Origin: Raillietiella orientalis | Taxonomy: Eukaryota | Direction of reading: 5' to 3' | Assembly: GCA_036172245.1 (NCBI GenBank) | Contig: JAYWIR010000032.1 | Coordinates: forward strand, 2,170,001 to 2,234,000 | DNA length: 64,000 bases | Shown here: positions 27,431-39,623 of the stretch, piece after piece | How the letters are laid out: every line of letters starts with the position of its first letter | Position numbering within the stretch: position 1 is the first letter of the stretch | The notes under the pieces: generated by a model | Databases searched by the model: none | What the model saw: only the letters and a program-made list of their open reading frames with translations | What the model was told of the DNA's origin: nothing | Position numbers and translations under genes: made by a program

Positions 27431-29707
27431 CTACGACCGCGTCCTGGCGAACGTCACCGTCCACGTGACCAGGTCCACCAGCGTCTTCACCTTTTCCAGC
27501 AGCATCGTGGAGATGCTGAAGACGCCCTCGCCGCCGTCGTCCACGAACTTCAGCAAGCAGAGGGTGGAGTTGACCTGGACATGCGAGGGTCACCACGGGC
27601 GCGCACGACCTCGGCGTCGCCCTTGCGCGCAAGTTGCCGCAGGCTCCCGGCGAGAGGGCAGGCAGACCCGCCCGCGCCCGCCGCAGGCAGACGCGGCTGC
27701 CGACGGCACCGACAGCGATCGCTGAACCGGAGGAGCTCCGTGTGGCGCCCGGGGAGCCGCGCGCACGTCCACTCGGGACGCGGCAGCACCGCCGGCGCCT
27801 TGATTTCCCCGTCCTGCTCCTTCCGCGCGCGCCGTATCCTCGTCCTCCTCGTTCCGACGCCAGCACTCACCTTCCAGACGTAGTCCTTCTTCCTCAGGAT
27901 GACCCGCACCTTCCTCCCGAAGTCGTAGACCACCTTGGGCATCCTCCTGCCCCTGCAGGCCACCTGCGCGGGACGCGTGCGCGTGCGCAACGGGAGGGTC
28001 GCGCGCTCGCGCCTCACCTCGTACGCCATCGGGTCGAAGGTCGCCTTCTTGGCCCGCGTGTCCTCCACGATGCGGTCCACGAACTCCTTGGGCGCGCCTG
28101 CGAAGAACGTGCTGGTCGTCAGGATGCCCAGAGGGTTGGCCAGCGTCCACCGCTCGTCGATGAGCACCCTGAGGCGGCGCGAGCCCTCAGCACTTGCCCT
28201 CCCCCCCCCCCCTCAGCCGCCGCTGAACCGACGGACTTTCCTCCCAGGCAGGGCCGCTGGCGCCCACCCGCTCACCTGCAGAAGAAGAACCGGAAGTCCC
28301 TCAGTCCGGACGTCAGCTTCAGCTGCGATCCCCTCTCAAAGCCCTTCGTCTTCCCGAAGACGATCCTCCCTCCTTTGTTCCTGGACCGGGACGTCCAGGC
28401 AGTTCCAGAAAACCCGCGACCGTGCTCACCGTTTGAAATGCAGGGTCACCATCTTCTCCGTCAGCAGAGACGTCACGTACTCGATGACCACCGTGGGTCC
28501 GAACGGGAACGCCCCCGAGAACTCCAACCCGTTGACCACGCTCTCGGGGCCGGGGTCGTACAGCATTTGGCTGATCTTCTGGGTGGAGCCGAGGACAGGC
28601 TGCTCGCTGGTGTTGACCTGCATGGGGGCACGGGAGCGCCACGTCCAGAGTCCGGGAACCCCGCGGGCGCCTCCCCCTCCTCCTCGTAGTCGTCGTCCCC
28701 CGCTGCCTTCGTCCCCTAGAGCCCCGCGGGTGAGCGCCCGCGTTCTTCCACCAGCTGGCCGCCGCTCGCGTCCGAGCGGCGCCGCCGTCGCCATGTGCGG
28801 CCGATCCGCGGGCGAGCCGCAGCGATCCCTATGACACGCGCGTCGCCAGCGTACCGGCGAGCGCACCGAGCGACGGCGCTCGTTCGCTGGCTTCGCCAGC
28901 GAGGCGACAACGACCGTGCTCGGAGATGGAGCGTGCGCGAAAGGCGCGGACGCGCCGGTGCGCCTCCAGCCCGCCGAACTAGGGGCCCAGGGGGGCGCCG
29001 CCTGGCGGAAAGCGCGTGCGATTTTCGGAGCGAACCGCGCGCCACCCTACCCGGCCGCAGCGCCGACAGCGCGCTCTCTCTCGACACGGACAGCCGGCCG
29101 CGAGCCGGAGGGGTCAGGCAGGATGGGCGGGGCCCGTCACCGCGGTGCTTCCTTGCCTGCAGCATGTCGGTCCCCTTGTTGCCGTACACCAGCGTCCCGT
29201 AGAAGTAGGTGGCTGCCCTGCCGTGCAGGCTCTGGTAGGTCTCGGACTCGTCGACCTTGAACTCGGGGTGGCGTGCTGCCGGGTGAGGTGCGGCAGCGCG
29301 CCGTGTGCACGAGGTCGCTTCGGGGCAGCTTACCGCACCAGGAGGTCGTGCAGTTGAAGGGCACCCACACGGTCGACTCGTTGGCGTGGACGGTCATGTT
29401 GAACGCCTGCTCAGGGGTGCCAAGTCCCACGGACAGGAAGTACAGGTGCTAAGGCGACGGCTCGCGACGGGCGGCTGGCGGCACGACACCGCTCGCGTAC
29501 CTGGTCGTAGGTCAGCAGCAGGGTCGGCGCCTCCACCCAGTTGCAGCTGCGATTCCGGTCGGGATCGCGGCATCCCGGTCGTCCGTCCTCCACCTGGCAG
29601 CGCACGACCGTTTCCCGAGCTGCGTTGTGCGTCGCCACCAGCACCAGCGCGGCGGGCAGACGTATCAGAGGAAGAACGAGAGCTGCCAACAACCGCACCT
29701 TCGCCAT
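27431..29707 (-). CDS. Secreted pepsin-like (family A1) pseudo-protease, copy 1 (mirror of 40307-42581)
   Basis: Exons 29707-29501, 29448-29334, 29275-29157, 28617-28430, 28380-28276, 28168-28018, 27963-27871, 27574-27431. The coding sequence appears identical to copy 2. The only difference noticed in the gene is a 2-nt poly-C length change in intron 5 (about 28201). Confidence 0.9.
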
Positions 29708-32482
29708 GGTCCACGAATGACGGCGACGGCAATCGGCACCTGCAGCTGCTGGATGCGCGCGCGACGCACGCGCTGCCGCTCCGCGTGCTCAGCGCCAGCG
29801 CGTCGAGCGATGCGCATCTTCTGCAGAGGGAAAAGCCATGCTGCGCACCGCGGCCGTCCTCCCGTTCGTTGTCATCCCTTCCTCTTCCCCGGACCGTGCG
29901 AAAGCGGAGCCCATCCACCCGAGGGAGATGCGTCGCGCGCCTCCGGCCTTCCCTCACCTCCGCTTCCCGGGGACGCCCAGGAGGTTTCGTACTTTGCTTA
30001 TCCTGCGGTGGTCGGGTCCCCCTTCAGGCCACGAGTCCCGGCAGCCCCAGCCGAATCGTGGCGTTCGCGCGTGCGACCTACCGAACGCCCGCACGTTGTG
30101 GGCACCGGGAGGGAGACGGGGCGCGCGCCGGTGGGACGCGTCGTGGGTACGCGGCCGGTGTGGATGCCGTGGCAACCGCAGGATGCGGGTGACAAAGAGA
30201 AAGGGAGAGCTGTTCCGTGGACGGAAGGCGAGGGTTGAAGGATGCGCGCGACCGCAGCGGGCAGGTGGTGACGGCCGTGCTCCCGCCTCGAGGGCGCTCG
30301 AGGGCCGGCCACGAGACGATCACTGCGTCCGGAATCTCCGTGACGATCGTTCCTCAAATAGATGTGAACAATTTTTCCTTCGTCCTGCAGGGTGCAGGGT
30401 CACTTGATATTTAGGGTGAACCTTCATTTAGGTGGTTCAGCTAGTGATTTGTTCATGCTCGCGTGCAGGATTTTCGGCGTGAATCCTGCCCAGATGCCGT
30501 AGACGGGCGAATGTTGGTTGTTATTGAATTGCACGAAGTCTGGCTGCTATGGGGGGTACGCGGTTGCGTAGGTGATGTTCTTTTTCTTGTGATAGGGGTT
30601 TGAGAATATGTCGCTGGTTGTCGCATTTTTCGTAAAGGAAAGGGGGCTTCAGTGGGATGCTGAAGAAACTAGACGTGGCTGTTTACTTGCACGTCATGTA
30701 GCTGGTTCGAGAAGAAATGGAGAAGACTGCGAGAGTGTCTTCTCGATTTCTTGGTGTAGGTTGCTTCTGTCTCTAACTGCTTCAGATCTGTTTCTCTGCA
30801 ACCGCGAATGTCCTCTTCCGACGCGCAGCTGAAAAAGGAGATCGGACTCCTGTTTCAGGACCTTGGAAGGAGCCCATTGGCACTCTCGGATCTTCTGATG
30901 AGCCCGTGGGTTGGTACCGATAGTGAATGGTAATTCGCAATCTGTCTGGGATTGCTGATTCTGCGTTTTGTTTGTTGCTAGGTGCTTTGGTCAGTAGCCT
31001 GAAAGCAATACTGCGCTTCTTGCATGTCGATGGACCGCGGAGACATCTTGCGTTTTGGAATGTGTAGGAAGCGTCGATTACTCGAAGGGAAGCGCTGGAG
31101 GCGTCCAGGGTTGTTGCGCGGAACCATCAGCCGCCTTTTCAGGGTTGACATGCTGGGTGATGTCGCGCTATGGGGGACATGAATTTCCAGTGAGAGCCAT
31201 GCTGACGAGAGTAGCGAAACCGCGCCATCTTGTGTCCCCTCGTTCGGGAATGCGACAGCGCAACTGCGTGCGCACCGTCACTTTCGGTCGCTGCTCGCAA
31301 CCCCTTTTAACCTTTCGGTTCCAACAGCGCGTTCTCTTTCGCAGCCTGGGTGTTCCTGGTGACTTGACTTTGTTTGCTGCTAAGTGAGGGCATCGGCTGC
31401 CGGGCGAGGCTTCGACGCCGGAAGCCCTTTCCGACGACCTTGAGGCTTGGGCTGTGCTTCTCCGTCATGTGCGGATGGGTGCGCGCCTTAGTCGGCACTG
31501 TGTGGCGGCTGGTGTGTCGGTTGTTCCGTTGTCCTCGGAGCCAATTTTCCCCGTCAGTCGCGCTTTCTGATAGAGCTGTGGTGAGCAGCATTGTGGCCGG
31601 TGAGCCTCCCGAAGAGTTTGGCACAGACCGGTGAGTGTCACCCCGAGCAGGCAGCTGCTGCAGTGACCCTTTTGCTCCGCTTGTTGCCCAAGTGACTGCG
31701 GCTCCCCGCGCCGACCTGCTGTGTTTCTTCCCGTAGCTCCTGCTTGGCGCGAACGGCCTCTTCCTTAGGGATGTGGCGGGATTCCTCGTCATGCTTTGAT
31801 GCGGCAGCTGCGTGAGGATCGATAGCGATGCCTGCGTGCCTCTGTCACGAAGCGGCGACCTTTCCTAGAACGCGCGACGCGCCAGCGTGCCCCTTCTGTA
31901 GGACAGCGAGTAGCCGGCTCTAGAGCTTGCTACCCTAAGGGGAGTTTCCTAGGTGGAAGCTACTGCTGTGGTCACTGCCGTTGGAGCAAAGAAGGGTGCG
32001 CCGGAAGGTGCGGCTCTCTTGAGGACATGTGCGATGGGAGCAGATGCGCTGCACTTGTTGGTTTCAAAGTGGAAGACGCGTCCTGAGGGCGGTGTTCTCT
32101 CCGTCCCCGTGAACCAGTTTTGTGCGACAAGTTGCCGTGCCAAGACTGCTAGAGTCTCCCACGACTCATGGTCTCGCGCTGTAGTGAAACTCGCTTGAAT
32201 CTTGTCACGGCCGCTTAAAACCTTGCGCATCCCGGCTTGTCTCCTCCGATGCCTTTCGTGGTCTGTGTGATTCTTCCTTCCGCGGTAGCTGAGCTGCGGA
32301 GCTGGGTGGTCAAACGCAACTCGTGATCCGCGCGGCCTGCGGTGCTCAAGCCTTCTCTGTGGACGCAGCCCTGTCGCCTAACGGGGGGGCCTTCTCTGAA
32401 CGGTGTCTGCAGCATCAGTGAGAAATCCCCCGTTTCTTTTCCTAGGATTTGTGGAAGACGCTCCCAGCTTCCACATTTTGCG

Positions 32483-35073
32483 ATGAATAAATGCAACCTG
32501 TGCAGCGATGAAGCTTTGCTACGCTGTAGCTCTTGCAAGAAAACTTGGTACTGCTCGAAAGAGCACCAGCGATCCGACTGGAAGAAGCACAAGAAAGAAT
32601 GCTGCAAGTACATAGTGGAGATGGACGAGACAGTAGGCCGCCACCTGATCGCCTCTCGGTTCCTGAAGGCGGGGTCTGTCGTGATGACGGACGAACCGCT
32701 CACAGTATGGCGGCCTGCGGGAGAAGCTTATTGTCTGGGTTGCTTGGTCGCTATCACAGTGGTGAAGCACCGCTGCGAAATCTGCGGCTGGCCTCTCTGC
32801 AGTTTCCGCTGCGGACTCAGCCCCCTCCACCAGCCAGAGTGTCAGATGTTCTGCAAATACAGAGCGCGGTATTCTGCGTTCTCCGTGGATGACTACTGGA
32901 TGATCCCTCTGCTGCGCGCTTTCGCGTTGAGGGATCGAGATCCCGTCAAGTGGGAGCAGATGCTCAACATGGAGAGCCACTATGACAGCTTGGGAAAATT
33001 TTTTTCTTCCTGGAGATCCATGCTGTTGAAGTTTTACTCGTTCTTCCCTATTGAGGATTTTCCCGAGGAGATCGTCAGGACAGTTTGGAGCATCCAGACC
33101 ATCAACAGCTTCGAGCGCCCCTTTTCCTCCGTTTACAGAACCAGGGTGCGCTGCTTGCTGATTAACGGCTCTCTGTTCGAGCACAGCTGCTATCCGAACT
33201 GCATAGTCAACACCGACGACCAGAACCAATTCGTCTTCTACAGCGTCGTGGACGTGCAAAAGAACGAGCACCTCAGCATCAGCTACGTCGACCCCTTCCT
33301 GCCGACGAGACTCCGCCGGAAGTTCCTGCAATATAAGTGCTTCGTGTGCCAGTGCCAGCGCTGCAGGGACCCCACAGAGTTGAAATCCCACATCGGCACC
33401 GTCAAGTGCCCGGAGTGCCTCTCGGACTACCTGATCCCCACGGAGTGCCAGAACACAATCTCCCTCTGGAAGTGTCTCGGGTGCATGAAGCACTTCCCGC
33501 AGTCGGACGTTGAGTGGGTCGACAGGGACCTGGACGATAAGTTCTCCCAGCTGCAGCTCTCCGCGCGCCTGCTTCCGATGTCCGACATCTCCAGCGACTG
33601 CGTCGGCTACCTGGAGAAAAAGACCCTCGGCTTGCAGAGGTTTATCCTGGACGCTTCATCCCGGGTGCACCCGCATTACTTCCTCGTGGTGAATGCCTTC
33701 TTCTATCTGCAGAACTTGTTGTTCAGGATTCTGCGTTTTCGACACCTGGACCGCAACGAGCTCTACTCCGCGATCTTCGCTTGCAGAAGCTACCTTGAAG
33801 TCGCGCACGTTGTCGAACCAGGTACGGCGCGCGAGCCAACCGAATTCCTTCCAGGACCCAGACATTGGCGCTGCTGCTGCGATCCTCACCCCCCCCCCTT
33901 CCTTGACCGTCTGCGAACCATCGGATTGGCCTAACGCAGCGACGACCTACCCTCTCACCTCTCTCTTTCAGCTCTACTAGGGGAGCCACTGCGCAGAAGC
34001 AGCGCCGCCACCAGTCGAAGTTCAAGCGCCTGGTTTTCCCCAGAAATCCAGCGGAAAAGACCCGGGCAGTGAATTTTTTTTTCTTCCCACAGGGCTTCAT
34101 CCGTACCACGCTGAGATAGAATACAGAAGAGTCGTGTTCGAGAGGATGCTGTTCATGCAACTGACCAAGACGCACTCTCGGAGGAGCCTTCCTCTAAGTT
34201 TCGAGGTAACTGCGAAACGAAAGGTCTCGGGAACGCGACGTAGAAATGCAGGCGGTTGGGATGCCCTGCCAGGAAGCCGGCGGGATCCCAGCAATCCCTG
34301 CGGCATCCCAAAAGCTCCTGTTGATTTCCCCCCCTTCCACACAGTTCCTTAGTTCCCTTTCTCATCTGCTTTTGCTTCACACGTGACCGCGGTGCGCATG
34401 CGTGCGGAGAACTCGGAAGTTGCCGTACCGAGGTCACCTTCGCTAACATCGAGCGCATCCTAGATCCGTGATCACCTGGCAAACACCAAATTCATTTTCC
34501 GACGGGATTCCGCACAGCGCCCGCGCTCGTGACCTGACAGCCAGCCAGCCACCGATGACGCATCTGACCGCAGCTCACCGCGGGCGGATTGCGCTGAAAA
34601 CTCGCAGGTGCTGCCTCGAAGGAACGCATCCCTGCACCCGGATGGACGCAGGAAATCTACGCGCGGCCCGAAGAACCACGTGGCCATCGAGCAGATTCCC
34701 TCGCTCGCAGTAGATGCGTCCGATTCCATCCTCAGCACCCCCTTGCGACCACCTCCAGACTCGTTCCCCCCCTTGCCGCTCCCTACTTCCTCTCTGCCAT
34801 GGACACCACGGACCGAGCTCGCGCCACTTATCCACGCGTGGAGCGACGAGGGCGCCGGCCGGCGTTTCCCAAGATCACTGAAGAGCAGTCCAACCGCTCT
34901 CTTTCCAGCGACGGCTGCGAAGAGAACATCTGCAGGCACTGAGGAGCACCCTTGAGCTTCTGCAGTATGAATCCACTTACCACTTCGACGATAGAGGAGT
35001 GATACACGAAGAGATCGAGAATACACTCTTGGAGTGCCTGATGGAAGACCTGCGCTCGAACAGCATCTCCTGA
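32483..35073 (+). CDS. SET and MYND domain protein, arthropod SmydA/msta-like lysine methyltransferase, ~538 aa
   Basis: ATG at 32483 follows an acceptor-like tttcttttcctag (32445). N-terminal MYND finger (CNLC..CSSCKKTWYCSKEHQRSDWKKHKKEC), SET-N (VGRHLIASRFLKAGSVVMTDEPL), second Cys finger (CLGC..CEICGWPLCSFRC..H.PEC), SET core (INSFE..SLFEHSCYPN..EHLSISY), post-SET (FVCQCQRCRDPTEL). Exons 32483-33821, 34093-34205 and 34909-35073 with GT-AG sites in phase; the C-terminal exons are inferred. Confidence 0.9.
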
Positions 35074-36699
35074 CGACCCCAGCATCCCGCTGAAGTGCCC
35101 GATTTTTTACGAAGAATGTGACAACCAGCGGATTGGTCCCTCAGACCACTTTGACAATAAAATGCACGTTACTCAGGCAACGGCGTACTGCTTCCAGCTG
35201 CCAGTCGCCTTGCGACTCCGCCCGTGGATCGCATCTGAGCTGGAGCTACCCCGAAGACCCGTGCGCGCGACTGCGACCTCAAGACCACGTAGTTTTTCGG
35301 CGGGACGCTGCGGACACGCCTCGTGACCAAGAGCTGACAGCCAGCGGGTTGAGAGACATGGGGGCTCGCCGCTAGGCGGGTGGCAGGGGTAATGGGGGAT
35401 TGCCCTCACCCTCGCACGCTCCTGCCGGCGCCCTCGCGACACGCTGTGAGCGTCGGCGCGACTGCAGCCGTTCGGACTGTGACCGTCTGCGCGACTTCGG
35501 TCCCCGCCAGAAGAGTGCGAGGGGCGCGGCTCAGGCATTACCGAGGGCTCTGTCTGTGGACAGGTCGCGGAACGCTGGATCGCGTTCTCATTGGCAAGAG
35601 GGCCTCGTGTAAGTTGATGCGCGCGGCCCGAGCGAAACGCGGCGAGTGCAGGATGCAGACCAGTCTCCGCCCATTGCGACCAACCTCCGGAGGCCGCAGA
35701 AAGCCCTGGAAGTGACGCAAGCTGGACGGGGCGGATCCGCCGCGGCCGACTACGGAAAAGCGGACCGCAGGCCCTGCGGCTGGGTGCGCAATCCGCGTCC
35801 CTTGAAGGCGAATCCGCGCTGCACAGAAGGAGCGCAGAAGTGCGGCCGCGTACGCCGACGGGAAGTCGCCCGAGGGAGTAGGGCGGATGCGCGTCTCAAG
35901 GAGGCCGACCCGTGGCGTCCGGTCCCTGCTGCCTAGGAACTGGACGCCTGAGGCATGCACGTCCTCAGTCACGAGGCGCGCAAAAGAGGGATCTACACAG
36001 ACGCCCCTAACATTAGGCAGGAGGCGCGCGAAAGACATGCACGCGATCCGCGGACGCGACGGTTGCTGATCGACCGCAGCGCCGGAAGGGAAATAGGAGC
36101 GCGCGAGGAGGGGCGGTAAGAGATGGGACGTGGCGAAAGAGGAAAGGGCACGGGAAGCCGCGATGACCACCCCTGGGCACCCGAGTGAAAACGGTGCTCA
36201 CCGGGCGAAACACGGGCTGGAGGGATGGCGGCCACACGGAAAGCGGCGGCGCCAGAGATGTGCCGGTGCAGGGGGTGTCCGCGACCCGGGAGGGGGCCTC
36301 CCCCAGGAGTCTGGGACGCATCCCAGGGAGTTCACACTTCCCGAGGAATCACGCTGGTGAGCAACCCGCAGCACGTGTGCGCGGCTGTTCGGCTTGGACA
36401 CCGACTCGAAATATGGCACGCCACCATCGATGAAGTCGTGAGCGAGTTTCAAAGTCGGCTGGCGTAAACCCGAAGTGCGCATGCGCACGGAACGCTGCCC
36501 AGCGGAAGAACCTGAGAGCACGCCCGTGTTATGAGGGGACTTCACTCCTATAGCACTGGAAGGTTGACCTCGATGCGCCGCGTCGCGATGGCCACATGGA
36601 AGTTTGCGACGACCGCAGACGGGAACGGAGCGACCGGATCGCACCCAGTACCTTCTACAGGAGGTCCACTGGATCCCCTGGGAAGAAGCACGCAGTGTC

Positions 36700-38630
36700 G
36701 AAAGAGTAATAGGCTAAAGAACCTGGTGCTAGGGAAGTCTCCTAACTCCCGAAACCGGAATCAGGGATGCCTATGAGGAACGCGCCTTTCGACGACGAAG
36801 GGCGAATTGGGCAGGTCTCCTTGGGGTAGTGGCTGGAAAACATAGGCCTAGTGAGGACGAACACATGGACTTCTCCAGCCGACGAGACGGCAGTCACGTT
36901 TTGTGGGACCTTTGAAAGGAATGGCTGAGTTGTCACCCGGGTGCGCCTAGGGCGTTTATTTGAGATTGTCAACGTTGTGCTGGGGGCAGTACTCTGAATC
37001 CTCTGTAGGATGCAGAGGCGAAGGTCTGGCTGATTGGAGTTGCCTCTTCGAGAAAATGGAGGTCCCGCCCAACAGGGGGGAGCTGCTTCCGCTCTCGTCC
37101 TCGCGAACTGCTCGCTAACGGCACGGTTAGGGAAGACTGCAAGTTATTTGATGTGCCCGGCGCGATCCCATGCGCCTCCCGGTCGAAGCACGGGATCGAA
37201 CCTTTTCCCGGCGCACACGTGGTTCCAGGTCCGAAGAGGAACCCCCAGGAGGGAATCAATCCGAGAGACGGAAGCGCCCAATGCATGGAGATTCCCCGCA
37301 TCAGAACCTCCGGCACGGAGACTCCAGCCCTCACATCTCCTCGGTCCCCTCACACCTCCAGTTGTTTGCTCTTCTGCCGGCTGAAGGCTTATATCAGCGT
37401 TTCGTCTCGGCCGGTGCGCCTGCGGCGTGCCGGTCAGAAGGGGGTCAAGCAAGGAGACGGCACAAGCCGGTTCCCCTTCGGCTGCTGCTCAGAAGGTCCA
37501 CAAGGCACTAACAGACCCACTGCCCTCCAGCCGCCACACAGTGGGACTCGGCATTTGCAGGCAACCCGCTCCCCCTCCAACTCCGGCAGGCGCGCTGGAG
37601 GGGTTCCCTGGGGGACTTTAGCAATGAACAGGATCACGTGCGAACAGGGAAACGTGAGCAAGGCGGTGCTTTCGGGAGCAGACGGCAGTCAAAACACGGA
37701 CTGGTCTTCGCTGGGAATATCTCTGGGGGACCACCTCGGATACCTAGGTGCCCTCATCGTCCCAGTAGCAAAGAATAATTGACCCCCTCCGAGGTTGGCA
37801 GGTTCCTCCCGCCCGAGCGAGTGGCTGTTTAGTACACGTCTGCGGTCTCACCCGGGAGACTACGTGAAAAAGGAAATGTCGAGGTGCTCCAGATAGGCAA
37901 AAGCTGCTTACCCGAGCGAGTGGCCGTTTGGTACACATCTGTGGTCTCCAGGGTGAGCAGTGCACGCCCCTTTCGGATGCCATTTGACTGCTGCGGTCTC
38001 CGAGCGTGCCTTCAACAAATGTAGCGGGTTCGAATACTCCGACAGAAATCGAGGCAGTGCGTCGTGGGTTCGAGTTCCTCCCGCAAGATGACACTGGTTG
38101 ACCTACATTCATTCGGGTGCGGAACTGGTAGCGGCTCAAACAGGATGCACCCGATGAGGACTGGGATTAATGGGAGTCGACCTCCGGGTCCTTCCAGGAA
38201 TCAAGGAGTAGCAGTTCCCCTCCGGTTATGAAGGAGCGGATCCTCATTCCGGAAGGACCCTCCGCGTCATACTGATAGGGTAGGTATCACCAGCACCTCT
38301 CCAGAGAGTGCAGAGAAGCGAGCCAATCCCTTCGGGGAAGCTGCATCCTTCTGAATTTCGGAAGTCTCCCTTCTGGGTTCTCTTTAGAGGAGTAAACAGG
38401 AACGGATACCTTGCGGGTTCCCTAAAGAGAAGAAATTCCTGATAGTGGATCCTTTCTGGTTCCCTTCGAAGATGAAAAATGGAGCGGACCCCCGGACAGG
38501 GTTCCTCCGGACAGAATAAGAAAGAAGATTTTCTTATGGGTTCCCCTATGGAGACGACCAGGGTGGAGCTTCCCTTGCGGGAACCTCCCCAGAAGTGAGA
38601 GGAACGGACTCCGAAGCTTCCTGGATTCGT
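36700..38630 (-). mobile_element. Degenerate DIRS-like retrotransposon relic (includes repeat family A copy at 38170-38630)
   Basis: Minus-strand LPPVGRDLHFLEE...SYRGFRVLPP (~36980-37085) resembles the DIRS1 RT N-terminal PVGGRL..F...W......GY...F...PP motif. It lies downstream of the family-A segment. No intact RT or tyrosine recombinase was seen. Confidence 0.35.
37812..37950 (+). repeat. Imperfect ~38-bp tandem duplication spaced ~99 bp apart
   Basis: cccgagcgagtggctgtttagtacacgtctgcggtctc (37812) versus cccgagcgagtggccgtttggtacacatctgtggtctc (37911). Confidence 0.75.
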
Positions 38631-39623
38631 GATGCAACAGTGCACCTGTAGCAGCGGAATACCTGCCTGTTATCAGGGCGACATCAGGAGGGGAAAAAAT
38701 CTCCCCTTAAAGGAAATGGCTGCAGCCCAAACCTCGGCCGCCGACCAGGCAGTCACAAAGCGGATGACGTCACTGAAGTTTTGGCGCAGAACCGAAAGAA
38801 GGAAGAACCGAAACGCGCGATGAAGACTGCCTAGCCTCGAGGGACTCTCCTCCACTGGAGCAACAGAAGTAGAATATGCAGAAGGCACGACTGAAACGGC
38901 CAGAGGCGAACCCTTGAGCTTTCGGAGCTGATTCCCTGCAGCCTGCGAGGCGGACTGCAGCCTGGCGACCTGCGGGCAAAGTCCCCCGTGGACAGATGCA
39001 GGCCCAGCCAAATCCCACGGGCCGCGCAGGGAAAAAAAGATGCGTCGAAGGGAATGAAACGGCCCGTGGACGTCCTGGGAATTTGGGAGGATGTACTACA
39101 AGTCGCACACGCCGATCTGTTTGGAAGAACATCTCCTTTCCCTCACCATCCACTGGGACCTCCTCAAGAATGATCTGCTTCACTGCTCCAGGGAAGAGTA
39201 AACCCAAGATGCAAAAAATGCGAAAGGGATCCGACCTTCCCACATCTCTTAACAGTGAGCCCCCAATATGGATGAAGGGAAATGCCGCAAAGCACTTTCC
39301 ACCCATACCCGACCACCGACGTTCTGCTAAGGCGGCCTTTCCAAAAGAAAAGTTGCTCCAGAATAGCGGTCTCCATCATAGAGTTTATCCTTCGGGTCGC
39401 CATGGTAAACAAGCACATTCCAGCACATGAAAAACGGAACGCCAGTGTGCTCCAGATAATCAAAAGACTGCTCATTACAGCGCGCAATCGTCACATCCGA
39501 GAGAACTAGACATGAGCACAAGCGTCCGAAAACCCACACCCTCACCCTCATCCGCCATCCACCCAACTCCCCACCAAACCACCCCTCACTACAGGTGATG
39601 AGATAATAGAATGATCCCTAACT

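Larger units (their letters stand above)
22622..30390 (+). repeat. Left arm of a large inverted repeat (palindrome), ~7.8 kb
   Basis: Reverse complement of 39624-47388. Mirrored ORFs have constant coordinate sums (29838+40176=70014; 27550+42462=70012; 22673+47337=70010). The inner end is ...ttccttcgtcctgcag at 30390; outer identity fades around tgaattcgg at 22622. Confidence 0.97.

Noticed and set aside
22617..30390. EcoRI-like (gaattc) and PstI-like (ctgcag) sites at the arm ends, suggesting a cloning artefact
   Set aside because: Similarity extends beyond the gaattc, ctgcag occurs many times inside the arms, the arms have diverged, and no vector sequence was seen.
21200..30400. Many long overlapping Arg/Ala/Pro-rich ORFs (200-350 aa) in the GC-rich arms and at 55800-58300
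   Set aside because: Expected from high GC content. They have no domain signatures, and most are antisense or off-frame shadows of the spliced genes.
32342..32482. ORF-track start (GTG at 32342) and read-through C-terminus (33822-33934) of the SmydA ORF
   Set aside because: This is a eukaryotic gene: ATG 32483 directly precedes the MYND finger, and a donor at 33822 leads to in-phase downstream exons.
36475..36488. Perfect 14-bp palindrome gtgcgcatgcgcac (NRF1/EWG-like site)
   Set aside because: No associated gene start was identified; not supportable as a regulatory site from sequence alone.
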